This document shows positions 53,301-63,639 of a stretch of DNA of 64,000 nt, piece after piece (the first letter of the stretch is position 1; every line of letters starts with the position of its first letter). The notes under the pieces are model-generated. The model worked only from the letters and a program-made list of their open reading frames with translations. It ran no database searches and was not told the origin of the DNA. The stretch is from Eledone cirrhosa (taxonomy: Eukaryota): NCBI GenBank assembly GCA_964016885.1, contig OZ024752.1:41540001-41604000 (forward strand), in the 5' to 3' direction. A program made the position numbers and the translations under genes.

Positions 53301-55614
53301 CTTCCCCAACCGCTCTCTTTCTCTTCCCCAACCTCTCTCCTTCTCTCTTTCCCTCCACCAACCTCTCTCTTTCCCTCCACCAACCTCTCTCTTTCCCTTC
53401 CCCAACCCCTCTCCTTCTCTCTTTCTCTTCCCCAACCTCTCTCTTTCTCTTCCCCAACCGCTCTCTTTCTCTTCCCCAACCTCTCTCCTTCTCTCTTTCC
53501 CTCCACCAACCTCTCTCTTTCCCTCCACCAACCTCTCTCTTTCTCTCCACCAACCTCTCTCTTTCTCTTCCCCAACCTCTCTCCTTCTCTCTCTCTCTTC
53601 ACCAACCGCTCTCTTTCCAACCCTCTCTCTATCCTCAATCTCCCCTTCATCACTTCCCCTTCTCTCTATTCTTCATATGGCGTCTCTTTCTATTCTCTAT
53701 CTCCATCTTCTCTCCCCCGCCATCTCTCCATCTACCACCCCACCCACCCCTCGTCTTTCTCCCCTCTTTTCAATTGTCCACCTCACCCCACCCCACCCTT
53801 TCCACCACGTATCTCCCTCTCCCAACCCCCGCTCCATCGTCCATCTCTCCCGACCCCCTCTCCATCTTCCATCTCTCCCGACCCCCTCTCCATCGTCCAT
53901 CTCTCCCGAGCCCCTCTCCATCGTCCATCTCTCCCGACCCCCTCTCTACTGTCCACCTCAGACCCCCCCCCTCTCCATCTCACTCCAGCATCTCTGTAAT
54001 ATGACAACTGTCTCTCCATTAGACTATGTAATGTATTATGTATAACTGCTGTGATCTAATCTAACATCTCACTCAATCGTGAATTACTAAAGAACTCCTG
54101 AACCTAAGTATGTCTACTCCTTCCTTCACCATTAACACTACTGCATGTTCAACAAGAATGTCACCATGGGTGGAGCTGAAGTTGGTGTGCTACATGGATC
54201 GGTCGGTCCTTGAGTTTCAAAGAAAAACTGCATAAAAAGGAATGAGATGTTGTGTGCTAGAGAAAAGATTGTGCTGGTATTGTCACGTAATGTATAAGAG
54301 TAATGACATATATGAATGATATGTCAGGATATTCAAAGAAAAAGTCAAGGAAGATCTGGACAGAAATGCTGAGAGCAGATCTGAAAATGCTGAACTTTAC
54401 AGCGATGATGATGAAGGAATATGTCATGTGGAGCGAAGGTGTGCTGAAGTGGACTTGTCCATGCATGGAAAATTGGACATAAAACTGATGATGATAATGA
54501 GAAGAGAAAAACCTTTTCTACATATTTGGTATCCAGGTAACACTGGGTACTATAGCTAGTTGTTTAATTTATTTTTAAAAATATACTTTTTACAAATAGA
54601 AACATTCTTTAGTCATATAAACTGGTTGGTGATAGAACAGAAACAATATAGGTTAGATGGAAAGGATTCTTCAGTCTTGCTGAGAATGCTATTTCTAATG
54701 TGGTATTGTTAATGCCATGATGAAACACCTCGTAGTGCTGGTGCCACAATAAAATAGATCCAATAAACCCCTTGTAAAGTGGTTGGTGTTAGGTGTTAAG
54801 AAGGACATCCAGTCATAGAAACCATGCTAAACAATCTAATCTAATCTAATCTGGCCGAGTTTACACTCGCAAATAAGAAGAACCAGGGCCGCCCCTAGGA
54901 GCATTGGATTTGGTGTACTTCATATTTGTTTCGGTTGCTGAATACAATCAGGGGTCACTGCTTCTCCTGAAGGTCAATAGTTCTCTTCTAACTCGAGCGG
55001 GAGCGCCTTTCCATTGTCAATTTGCATTGATCATCTGCAAAGCTGCATTGTTCTCAGAACCACTACACCAGTCTTTTGATGAGTGCAGCTGGAACTACTG
55101 CCACCCATTGATTTGGCAGGATGTTTTTTTTAGATGGCCATTGACTTTTATGAGTTCTTCTGCCCTTTATCAGGTTTTATTTTTTGTCCTGCAGAGTGTC
55201 CAAAATCCTCCTCCTCACCAAGTAAACTTGGTGGGGTTGCTGGTTTAGTCGCCGACGACCCAACCATGCGACAGGTTGTTCTGGGTTACAATCTACCAGT
55301 AGCACTCGAGAGTGACCTGACATGCTAAACCATGTCACATATGAACAAGATGATCTCTCTGACCAGTCAAGTCTCAGAATGTGAGAACCTGTCCAATCCA
55401 TGCCAGCGTTGAAAACAGATGTACAATGATAATGATGGTGATACAAAAAAAATTCCAAGACTTACCAATTCTTCATTCTTTCTTCCAGCTGTGGACACAT
55501 GAAGTTGCAATGGAATTGGTAGATACTCTTGATGTTAGAAAACATCTGAGGTATAACTTCTGGCGAGAAAAAATTGTGCACTTGATTATCTACTATCACT
55601 TGAAACTGGAAAAC
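21837..55614 (-). CDS. FGD: FYVE, RhoGEF and PH domain-containing protein (FGD1-4-like Cdc42 GEF); 15 exons, 547 aa, 5' end not found in the window
   Basis: Exons join in phase with GT-AG ends (1644 nt including stop). DH motifs [17 protein letters not shown] and [26 protein letters not shown]; PH1; [23 protein letters not shown]; PH2. Confidence 0.93.
22775..22932 (-). CDS. FGD: FGD exon (PH2): [15 protein letters not shown]...[23 protein letters not shown]
   Basis: ttctag| and |gtaag; 158 nt; phase 0/2. Confidence 0.9.
23730..25352. repeat. 115-bp tandem satellite (about 14 copies) derived from a SINE family A-like element
   Basis: ORF starts recur every 114-115 bp. The unit contains the reverse complement of the SINE B-box (caggatttgaactcag) and body (ggtacttcattttatcaaccc). 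Confidence 0.9.
25462..25590 (-). CDS. FGD: FGD exon (PH2): [43 protein letters not shown]
   Basis: tttcag| and |gtaat; 129 nt. Confidence 0.9.
25650..25900 (-). mobile_element. Non-LTR retroelement 3' UTR with AATAAA and (ATT)n tail (inverted copy at 57325-57517)
   Basis: Two dispersed copies, both ending at an ATT/TAA repeat. Confidence 0.6.
26318..26775 (+). mobile_element. 3' fragment of an R4/Dong-clade non-LTR retrotransposon (restriction-like endonuclease domain)
   Basis: [22 protein letters not shown]...IVDVACP...EKINRYQDL...[10 protein letters not shown]; flanked on both sides by (TAA/ATT)n. Confidence 0.85.
27295..27637 (-). mobile_element. SINE family B nested in a piggyBac-type MITE (about 27269-27817)
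   Basis: MITE left end ttaaccctttaccatttac is interrupted by the SINE and resumes at 27638 through to aatgctaaaggg. Confidence 0.75.
27943..28095 (-). CDS. FGD: FGD exon (FYVE end): [28 protein letters not shown]...NILE
   Basis: tttcag| and |gtaac; 153 nt; RVC motif. Confidence 0.93.
28223..28455. mobile_element. piggyBac-type MITE (233 bp)
   Basis: TTAA|CCCTTTAGCATTTA...TAAATGCTAAAGGG|TTAA; other copies at about 29135-29357, 33667-34809, 55827-55950, 58340-58775. Confidence 0.85.
28560..28682 (-). CDS. FGD: FGD exon (FYVE): [41 protein letters not shown]
   Basis: gccag| and |gtaag; 123 nt; WxxD and RRHHCR motifs. Confidence 0.95.
29371..29457 (-). CDS. FGD: FGD exon: [29 protein letters not shown]
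   Basis: ttccag| and |gtatgt; 87 nt. Confidence 0.85.
29520..29860 (+). mobile_element. Full-length SINE family B
   Basis: gaggcacatggcttagtggttagagc head through to ccacccttgcaagcagggaaaaagcggacgtaaaatga tail; similar copy at 63028-63363. Confidence 0.85.
29955..30335 (+). mobile_element. 5'-truncated RTE LINE 3' end
   Basis: Near-identical to about 45485-45855. Confidence 0.85.
30355..30388 (-). CDS. FGD: FGD 34-nt exon: (E)[11 protein letters not shown]
   Basis: tttcag| and |gtaagt; phase 2/0 restores the frame and supplies the PH C-terminal Trp. Confidence 0.8.
31591..31661 (-). CDS. FGD: FGD exon (PH1): [23 protein letters not shown]
   Basis: ttccag| and |gtatgt; 71 nt; phase 0/2. 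Confidence 0.85.
33667..34809. mobile_element. piggyBac-type MITE carrying an internal 71-bp tandem array (about 14 copies)
   Basis: Both TTAA-flanked TIRs retained; an internal segment is amplified at about 33807-34800. Confidence 0.85.
34941..35024 (-). CDS. FGD: FGD exon (PH1): [28 protein letters not shown]
   Basis: ttgcag| and |gttcgt; 84 nt. Confidence 0.88.
36560..37110. repeat. Minisatellite caacaatatatttcaggaatatataccaactgtatata (about 35-42 bp)
   Basis: Direct tandem repeats. Confidence 0.9.
37562..37708 (-). CDS. FGD: FGD exon (PH1): [14 protein letters not shown]...[25 protein letters not shown]
   Basis: atcag| and |gtaag; 147 nt; phase 0/0. Confidence 0.92.
38648..38686 (-). 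ncRNA. Degenerate minimal hammerhead motif
   Basis: ttc-CTGATGA-aaga tttctg tcc-GAAAC-ATC-gaa. Two substitutions away from a standard CTGATGAAGGA..TCCGAAACGTC form. Confidence 0.45.
39170..39228 (-). CDS. FGD: FGD exon (DH end): [20 protein letters not shown]
   Basis: tacag| and |gtaag; 59 nt; phase 1/0. Confidence 0.9.
39695..40033. mobile_element. Degenerate hAT/Charlie-like MITE
   Basis: ggttctcaaactttt ... tttaaaaccactg termini. Confidence 0.45.
40137..41215. repeat. About 137-bp tandem array (about 8 copies) of a MITE end plus flank
   Basis: Each unit ends aatggtaaagggTTAA followed by about 25 bp of non-MITE sequence. Confidence 0.88.
41259..41309 (-). CDS. FGD: FGD exon (DH): [17 protein letters not shown]
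   Basis: ttcag| and |gtaaa; 51 nt; phase 1/1. Confidence 0.9.
44293..44380 (-). CDS. FGD: FGD exon (DH): [29 protein letters not shown]
   Basis: tacag| and |gttag; 88 nt; phase 0/1; hallmark DH CR3 motif. Confidence 0.93.
45140..45856 (+). mobile_element. RTE-clade LINE 3' end (post-RT region)
   Basis: RYLGD...[12 protein letters not shown]...[17 protein letters not shown]...[11 protein letters not shown]...RGRPRKTW, then (GAT)n tail. Confidence 0.9.
46448..46604 (-). CDS. FGD: FGD exon (DH): [30 protein letters not shown]...KEIQ
   Basis: tccag| and |gtgag; 157 nt; phase 2/0. Confidence 0.93.
47520..50390. repeat. Compound (GTG/TTG/ATG)n triplet expansion
   Basis: Low-complexity triplets; the 872-aa V/L/M ORF is an artefact. 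Confidence 0.92.
50610..52725. repeat. GT-rich minisatellite with higher-order units
   Basis: Recurring gttgagtagtggtagtgtggtggttgagtggtgattgagtgatggtgtggtggctgagtg. Confidence 0.9.
52875..53990. repeat. Polypyrimidine (CT-rich) minisatellite
   Basis: ctctctttctcttccccaac-type units. Confidence 0.9.
55466..55614 (-). CDS. FGD: FGD exon (DH): VFQFQV...[27 protein letters not shown]
   Basis: ttccag| and |gtaag; 149 nt; phase 0/2. Confidence 0.9.
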
Positions 55615-56509
55615 CTGGAAAAGATTTATAAAAGATAGGGGTAACATTTAGTTGTATATTTTATAAACCCTACAACAATATAATTTACAGGTTTGAACAA
55701 TTTATGATAAAATTTAAAAATTTGAAACTGTATAATTTGTTGACACTATTTGATACTAAATACTAATTATGAGAAGTTATCATATAGTGAATGTGAGATA
55801 AACAAGAAAATGACTTTGTACATTAACCCTTTAGCATTTAAACCGCCTGTATCCAGCCAGAATTCTCTCACCTCTTTCTGTTCAAACCGGCTGTAACTGA
55901 GCACTCATACTGATGTTAAGGTATTGTTCTCAAAATAAAAAACATCAAAAGAGTTTTGATGAACTAATAACTAATAATGGTTTCTGATTTAGGCACTCAA
56001 CCTGCAATTTGAGGGGAGGGTGAACCTGTAAGGTTGAAAGGCAAAGTTAACCTCAGTGGGATTTGTACTCAGAATGTCAAGGGACAATGATGATAACAAT
56101 GATGATGGTGATACCATGGTGACGATGCTGACAATAATGATGATGGTGATGGTGACAAAGGTAATGATGATGATGGTGGTGGTGGGTGATAGTGATGATG
56201 GAGATAATGATGGTGATGATGATGGTGATAATGGTGGAGATGATGATGATGGTGATAGTGATGCTATATCCCAGTGTAGAGGAAATGAAACTACTTCAAC
56301 TGAAAGACAATTAACTGAAGGAAGTTATCAAACAACCCCCACCCTACCCCACCCCCACCCACCCCATAAAAATACAACAAGAAAAAAAGAAAAACAATTT
56401 AAAATCAAAAGAAAGAGAAAAAAATTGAAATTCAAAATAAATAAACGAAGAAAAAAAAAACCATTTTATCTTTTTTCTGAAACCACCAAAGGAATATATA
56501 TAGGTTATC

Positions 56510-57110
56510 TTACTACAACTGCTGCTGCTGCTACTACTACTACTACTGCTACTAACACCACCATCACTACTACTGCTGCTACTACTGCTACTAACACCAC
56601 CATCACTACTACTGTAGTTGCTACTACTACTGCTACTACTACTACTAACACCACCACCACTACTACTGCTACTACTATTACTACTACTAACACCACCACC
56701 ACTACTACTGTAGTTGCTACTACTACTACTACTACTACTAACACCACCATCACTACTACTGTAGTTGCTACTACTACTACGACTTCTACTTCTACTACTA
56801 CTACTAACACCACCACTGCTACCACCACCACCACTGCTACCACCACCACTAATACCACCACCATCACCACTACTACTAGTTATTACCACCACCACCACTG
56901 CTAGCACCACCATCACCACCCACTACCACTAATACCACCACCATCACCACCACCACCATCACCACCACCACCACCACTATCACCACCACCACCACCACCA
57001 CTACCACTATCATCACCACCACCTCCACCACCACCACCACCACCACCACCATCACCACCTCCACCACCACCACCACCTCCACCACTATCACCACCACCAC
57101 CACCACCACT
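56510..57110. repeat. (CTA/CCA)n triplet repeat
   Basis: Low-complexity triplets. Confidence 0.9.
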
Positions 57111-59759
57111 GTTGCTGAACCCAAGTGCAATGGCCTGGCAGAGTAGTTAGGACATCAGCCAATGCTTGAGGCTCTTCGGCTCTTCAAGTTCTGAATTCAA
57201 ATCCTGTTGCAGTCAACTTCACCTTTCATCCTTTCAAGATCAATAATAAAAAGTATAAATCACTCGATATTCCCCTTGGCCCCAGCCCTTGAAATTGCTG
57301 ACCTTGTGTTTAAATAAGAAATCATTGGGCTTTCTCCACAAATGTCCCTCCGAAGTCTGCCCCCTGTTGGGGAATTTTTCATTGTTGTTTTTTGTTACAT
57401 CCTCTGTTTTTGTTTTTTACACGCAGAAATGCCCATTTGTACCGTCCTGCATTGTCCTGCACTGTCCTTAATGTCTACTTTATGTAAACCCTTGTGGTTC
57501 ATAAAGAAATCATTATTAGGGTGGTGGATTGGCAGGATCGGTAGAGGGTCGGACGCCATGCTTTCCAGCATAGCCCTTTGTGTTCTGATTTCAAATCTTG
57601 CCAATGTTAGCTTTGCCCTTCATTCTTATGGGATTGATAAAATAAAGTACCAGTAATGTACTGGGGTCGATTTAATCAACTTTCCCCTCCCCAAAATTGC
57701 TGGCCTTGTGCCAAAAGTAGAAACAATTATTATTATTTGTAATGTCCATTTTCTTCAGTGGCAAATAAATAAAATCATTAATATTATACAGTGAAGATTT
57801 AATGATTCTCGAATTAGAATAATTAAAATATAAATTTTAATTTCTTTTATTTCATTTTCCTTTTTTTCTTTTCTATTTTTCCTTCTTTCTTCACTTCATT
57901 CTTTCTTTCCTTCCATCCATCCTTCCTTCCTTTTATCCATTCATTCATTCATTTATTTAGTCACTCCCTCATTCCTCCCATATCTACCATAATGCTGAGA
58001 TTAACAGAATGTAAGTATAATGAATTTTATATGCAAAAAAATAAAAACAAAAAAAAATGTGTAAAAAAGCAACAAAAAATATAATATATATTTTCTTTAA
58101 TTAAAAACTGATGATTAAAACTAATTTTTTTTTTTACATCTAGCCTGAGGCTCGTTATCTGTAACATTTTCAACAATTTGTAGACTGATTCTGTTGGAAT
58201 ATAAAGAATGGTTTCTAATTTAGGCACAAGGCCAGCAATTTGGGGAGGGGTTGAGAAAAAGCCAATTAAATTGACCCCAGTACTTTAACTGGTACTTTAT
58301 TTTGCTGAACCTAGAGAAAGATGAAAGGCTTTTGATCCTTTAATCCTTTAGCATTTAAACTGGCCATACCCCGCCAGAATTCTCTCACCTATTTCTGTCC
58401 AAACCAGCTGTAACCAGCCACTCATACTGATATTAACCTTTTAGCATTTAAACTGGCCTTATCCGGCCAGAAATCTCTCATTTCTTTCCGTTCAAACCGT
58501 CTATAACTGGCCACTTATACTTATGTTAAGTTATTGTTCTCAAAATAAATAACATCAACATCTCATAGTATCAACATTATGTGAGATAATTATGTAAGAT
58601 AAAGTTTTTACCACAAAAATACAATAGCATATATAGAGTAATGTTAATGCTAAAGGGTTAAGTATTCTTATGAAACTAAATAATCTCAAAATCTCATAGA
58701 TTCAATATAATGTGAAATAATTGTGTAAGATAAAGCCTTTACAGTGAAAATATAATAATAAATAAAGGGTTAAACTGTGATTATATTAGTCACTTTAGTC
58801 TCAAGGTAACAGTAGTAGTGGCATATAAATAAATTTTAGTTATTACAGTTTATCAGCCTTCGTTTAGTTTATCATCCCTCTTTTGTAGTTCATCAACACT
58901 TGATTATTTAGGCTCAGATACTGAGATATGAAAGATTGTATCAAGAAAATCAAGATTGAGATCAAGATCAGTTTCATGGCTCAATCACCCCTCTTTGATT
59001 GATTGATAACTAAATTCAGTGAAGTCATTACTTGTGAATAAAACATAAAGTATCAATAAATAATTGATTAATATGAGATGATTCATAATATTGATCTAAC
59101 AAATAAATTAAGTATGGTCCAGTAGTATGCCATACATACAGGGTTCAAGTCTTGTCTGGGCTTTTCTTGTTGTTTAGTCTTTGGTTAGCCTTAGTTTCAC
59201 TCTTACAGATTGTGGAAACAAACTATTCTGAGCAATATTATCTTTCTTGTCGCAATATATGGATGTAAATATATTCTCCACTCATGATAATTTCAAAACT
59301 ATGACATCTAAACATAAGGTGTTGATTAGCTGCCTTAGCTTATAAATGGGGTTTGGAATTTTACCCATTTATCAGCTTATATTAGAGTATACCAAACCAC
59401 CTGAAACCTTACTGTTCATTTTAAAATGTTTATCGTCTTCATCATCATCGTTTAATGTCTATCTTCCATGCTTGCATGGGTTAGATGGGAATTGTCCCAC
59501 TTGAGGCAAGATTGGTTGGGTGACCGTGTCTCGCTCCTAAAAACCTTTCATAATAATTTTATGTAAAAATCTATGTTCCAAACAGCTGCTCAAAATAGGG
59601 TGTCAGCTTTTATTTAAGTATACCAAACCACCTGAAACCTTACTGTTCATTTTAAAATGTTTATATATTTATCTAAAAACCTTTCATAATAATTTTATGT
59701 AAAAACCTTTGTTAAATTACGTTCTAAACACCTGCTCAATAATAAGAAAGTTAGTTATA

Positions 59760-59939
59760 CAGTGAAATTCCGTAATAACGAAATTCATGAGGTATAAAAA
59801 AAAAATCGGTTGTAACAAAAAATTTATAATGAGATCAACCGAAATACATCGAGTGCTTGTTTGTTTATTACCTTGAAAAAAATTTCTTTATACTAAAAGA
59901 TTCGTTACAATGGTATTCATTAAAATGGAATTTTACCTG
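59760..59939. mobile_element. pogo/Tigger-like MITE
   Basis: TA|CAGTGAAATTCCG ... GGAATTTTACCTG|TA. Confidence 0.6.
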
Positions 59940-60249
59940 TATTACTAAATCCTTCCAAATTCTTGATTATTTTCAAAATTATTTGAAAATTATAGGCAAT
60001 GTTTTTCTCTAGAAATTCGGTAACTAAAGGGTTAAATATGAACAGTTTAGTATGTGTGGATTGAGGTGGGTTGATATTAAAAGAGTTGATGCTATGACAC
60101 ATCATAATAAGTTATAACTGTACACCAAGTGTGTTGTGTAGTATTATAAAAGCATTGCCTATACTTGCTGTGTGACATCCATGATTGTCATAGCAAAGAT
60201 GTCCCAGTGGGACAAAGAATTGGTTTACCTAATACTATGGACACATTGT

Positions 60250-60820
60250 AATTAGTTATGATGTGTCGTAACTAATTATGTGTCATAACTAATTATAATG
60301 TGCCATAAACTAATTATAATATGTCACAACTAATTATGTCATAACTAATTATGATGTCATAACTGATTATGATGTGTCATAACTAATTATGATGTCATAA
60401 CTAATTATGATGTGCCATAACTGATTATGATGTGTCATAACTAATTATGATGTGTCATAACTATTTATGATGTGCCATAACTGATTATGATGTGTCATAA
60501 CTATTTATGATGTGCCATAACTGATTATGATGTGCCATAACTGATTATGATGTGCCATAACTGATTATGATGTGTCATAACTAATTATGATGTGACATAA
60601 CTAATTATGATGTGCCATAACTAATTATGATGTGCCATAACTGATTATGATGTGCCATAACTAATTATGATGTGCCATAACTGATTATGATATGTGGCAA
60701 CTAATTATGATGTGCCATAACTGATTATGATGTGCCATAACTAATTATGATGTGCCATAACTGATTATGATGTGTCATAACTGATTATGATGTGCCATAA
60801 CTGATTATGATGTGTCATAG
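60250..60820. repeat. 20-bp minisatellite atgtgccataactgattatg
   Basis: About 28 tandem units with a quasi-palindromic core cataac(t)aattatg. Confidence 0.9.
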
Positions 60821-61540
60821 TAAAGATGAGACACTGAGACACAATATAGACATCATCTTCAATAACTGTGTGTCATTGTAGCATCAGGTATGACAGGATT
60901 AAAGACCGGGTGTCATCAATTGTATGTGTGCGTGTGTGTGTGTGTTTCCTTGTCATTGTTATCACTGTCATTGCTATTATCATCAATTAAGTGATTCGCT
61001 GTCATCACCATCACCATCATCATTATCCTCATCACCACCAGCCCTCCTACCAGCATCACCATCATCAACATATCAGTCCCCTTGTCATCATTGTCAGCAG
61101 AGCATCAACACCACCACCACCACCACCACCACAACTAAACCCAACACCACCACCACTACCCCTACACCCACCACCACCACCACCACCACCCCTACACCCA
61201 CCACCACCACCACAACTACACCCACCACCACCACTACCCCTACACCCACCACCACCACCACCACCACAACTACACCCACCACCACCACCACTACCCCTAC
61301 ACCCACCACCACCACCACTACTACACCCACCACCACCACTACACCCACCACCACCACCACCACACCCACCACCACCACCACCACCACCACCACCACCACT
61401 ACACCCATCAATATAGTGCACAGTTGCACTCTAAGGTTGGTAAAAAAGAATGCAGAAGTTAAATGCATGACATGCACATTGTGTGCAGCAATCAGTGCAT
61501 TCAGATACATTAGCGCACACACACACATACACACACACAT

Positions 61541-61571
<31 letters not shown>

Positions 61572-62369
61572 TATACACATATATACATACACACATACAT
61601 TCCTGTCACCGTACATCACTAACATCATCATCAGCATCAACATTATCTAGCACACACACATACATACATACATACACACATACACACACACATACATACA
61701 TGCATACACACACATACACACATACACAAACATACCCATACATACACACACACACACACACATTCCTGTCACTGTACATCACTACCACCACCATCATCAT
61801 TATCAACACCATTATTAGAAACAATTATTATTACTTCCACCACCACCACCACCCATACTACTACCACTACCACCACCACCTAGTGGTGGTGGTGGTGGTG
61901 GTAGTGGTGATGTTAGTGGTATAGGTGGTGGCGGTGATGGTGTTGGTAATGGTGGCGTTAGTGGTATAGGTGGTGGTGGTGGTAGTAGCAGTGGTGGCGG
62001 TAGTAGTAGTAGTAGTAGTGGTGATGGTGATGGTGGTGTAGGTTGTGGTGGTGGTGATAGTGTAGTGGTGATGATGTAGTGGTGGTGGTAGTGTAGGTGA
62101 TAGTGTAGTGGTGGTGATGGTGTAGTGGTGATAGTGTAGTGGTGGTGGTGGTGTAGTGGTGATAGTGTAGTGGTGGTGATGGTGTAGTGGTGATAGTATA
62201 GTGGTGGTGGTGGTGGTGGTGGTGTAGGTGATAGTGTAGGTGATAGTGTAGTGGTGGTGGTGTAGTTGAGAGGGTGGGGGAGAAAGTTAAATGACTCAAA
62301 AAATATGACAGAAGAATGTGACAAGAAAATATATATTGTTTTAAAGTAGGAATGACTCAAAACTGTGTG

Positions 62370-62412
<43 letters not shown>

Positions 62413-62473
62413 CTATCTGCCGATATATATATATATATATATATAACTACCGATATTACTTCTTGTTGTTTTA

Positions 62474-62518
62474 ATTGCCCTGATGAGTCCTTAATAGGAC
62501 GAAACATTGTCGGCTAAT
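62474..62518 (+). ncRNA. Minimal type I hammerhead ribozyme (Penelope-like)
   Basis: attgcc-CTGATGA-GTCC ttaata GGAC-GAAA-CA t TG-TC^ggctaat. Canonical core, G10.1-C11.1, GUC cleavage after 62511, AATAAA immediately downstream, embedded in (TA)n. Confidence 0.82.
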
Positions 62519-63482
62519 AAAGACTTTTGATGTATTGAAGGCTTCTTTGTTTTACTCTCTTAATATATATATATGTATATGTGTCAAGGAAATATATATA
62601 TATATATATACACACACGGGATAACAAATTATCGTTATAGGTAGTCCACTTAGGTGTAGTCCAGTTAGAGTACTCCGAGTAGGGGATAGTATCAACACTT
62701 GGCTAAGTTTGACTCAACAAGGCGTTTCCATAGTGATGCTGCGAGTACGCGGTGATTTCTAAGTAGTTTATACTTGGAGTAATGATAAATCAAGAAAGAA
62801 GAGTGACATGGTTTGCTACACAATAAGGGCTTTATTCACATTGCTGACAATTGTTTCTCTGAACTGGTAGGTCTAGAGATCGCTACCCGCCTGTTTCTGC
62901 ATCAATCGATCACCAGGCGGGTAGCGATCTCTAGACCTAGCAGTTCAGAGAAACAATTGTCAGCAATGTGATTAAAGCCCTTATTGCATAGCAAACCGTG
63001 TCACTCTTCTTTCTTGATATATATATATGGAGGCACATGGCTTAATGGTTAGAGCATTGGCCTTGCAATCGAAAGGTTGTGAGTTCAATTCTGATGTGTT
63101 GTTTCCTTGAGCAAGGCACTTTATTTCACATTGCTCCAGTTTACTCAACTGTAGAAATGAGATGATAGGGACTGGGGTTCATATCATTCCACTGCAAAGT
63201 GGTCGTGGAGGTGCCACAGCAAAAAAGCACCCAGCACTCACTGTAAATGAGGTTGGCGTTAGGAAGGGCATCCAGCTGTAGAAATCAAGCCAGAATCAGT
63301 TCCCGTCCCACCCTTGCAAGCAGGGAAAAGTGGACATAAAATGAAATGATGATGATGATGATGATATATATATATAAAAACCCGGAGAGCAAATATTTAT
63401 TCACGTTTAGGGTGAAAGCAACGATTCTTTGCTTAAACTTTAATCTGTTATTTTAATAAATAAATAAATATATAGAGAGAGA

Positions 63483-63545
<63 letters not shown>

Positions 63546-63639
63546 GATGATGATGGTGGTGGTGATGTATGTATGTATGTATGCCTATATGAAGGAAGTT
63601 TATATACATTTATATATATATATATAGATTATATCCTTA

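Noticed and set aside
52795-54045. Long R/E/G-rich and S/P/L-rich ORFs
   Set aside because: Translations of a CT-rich minisatellite.
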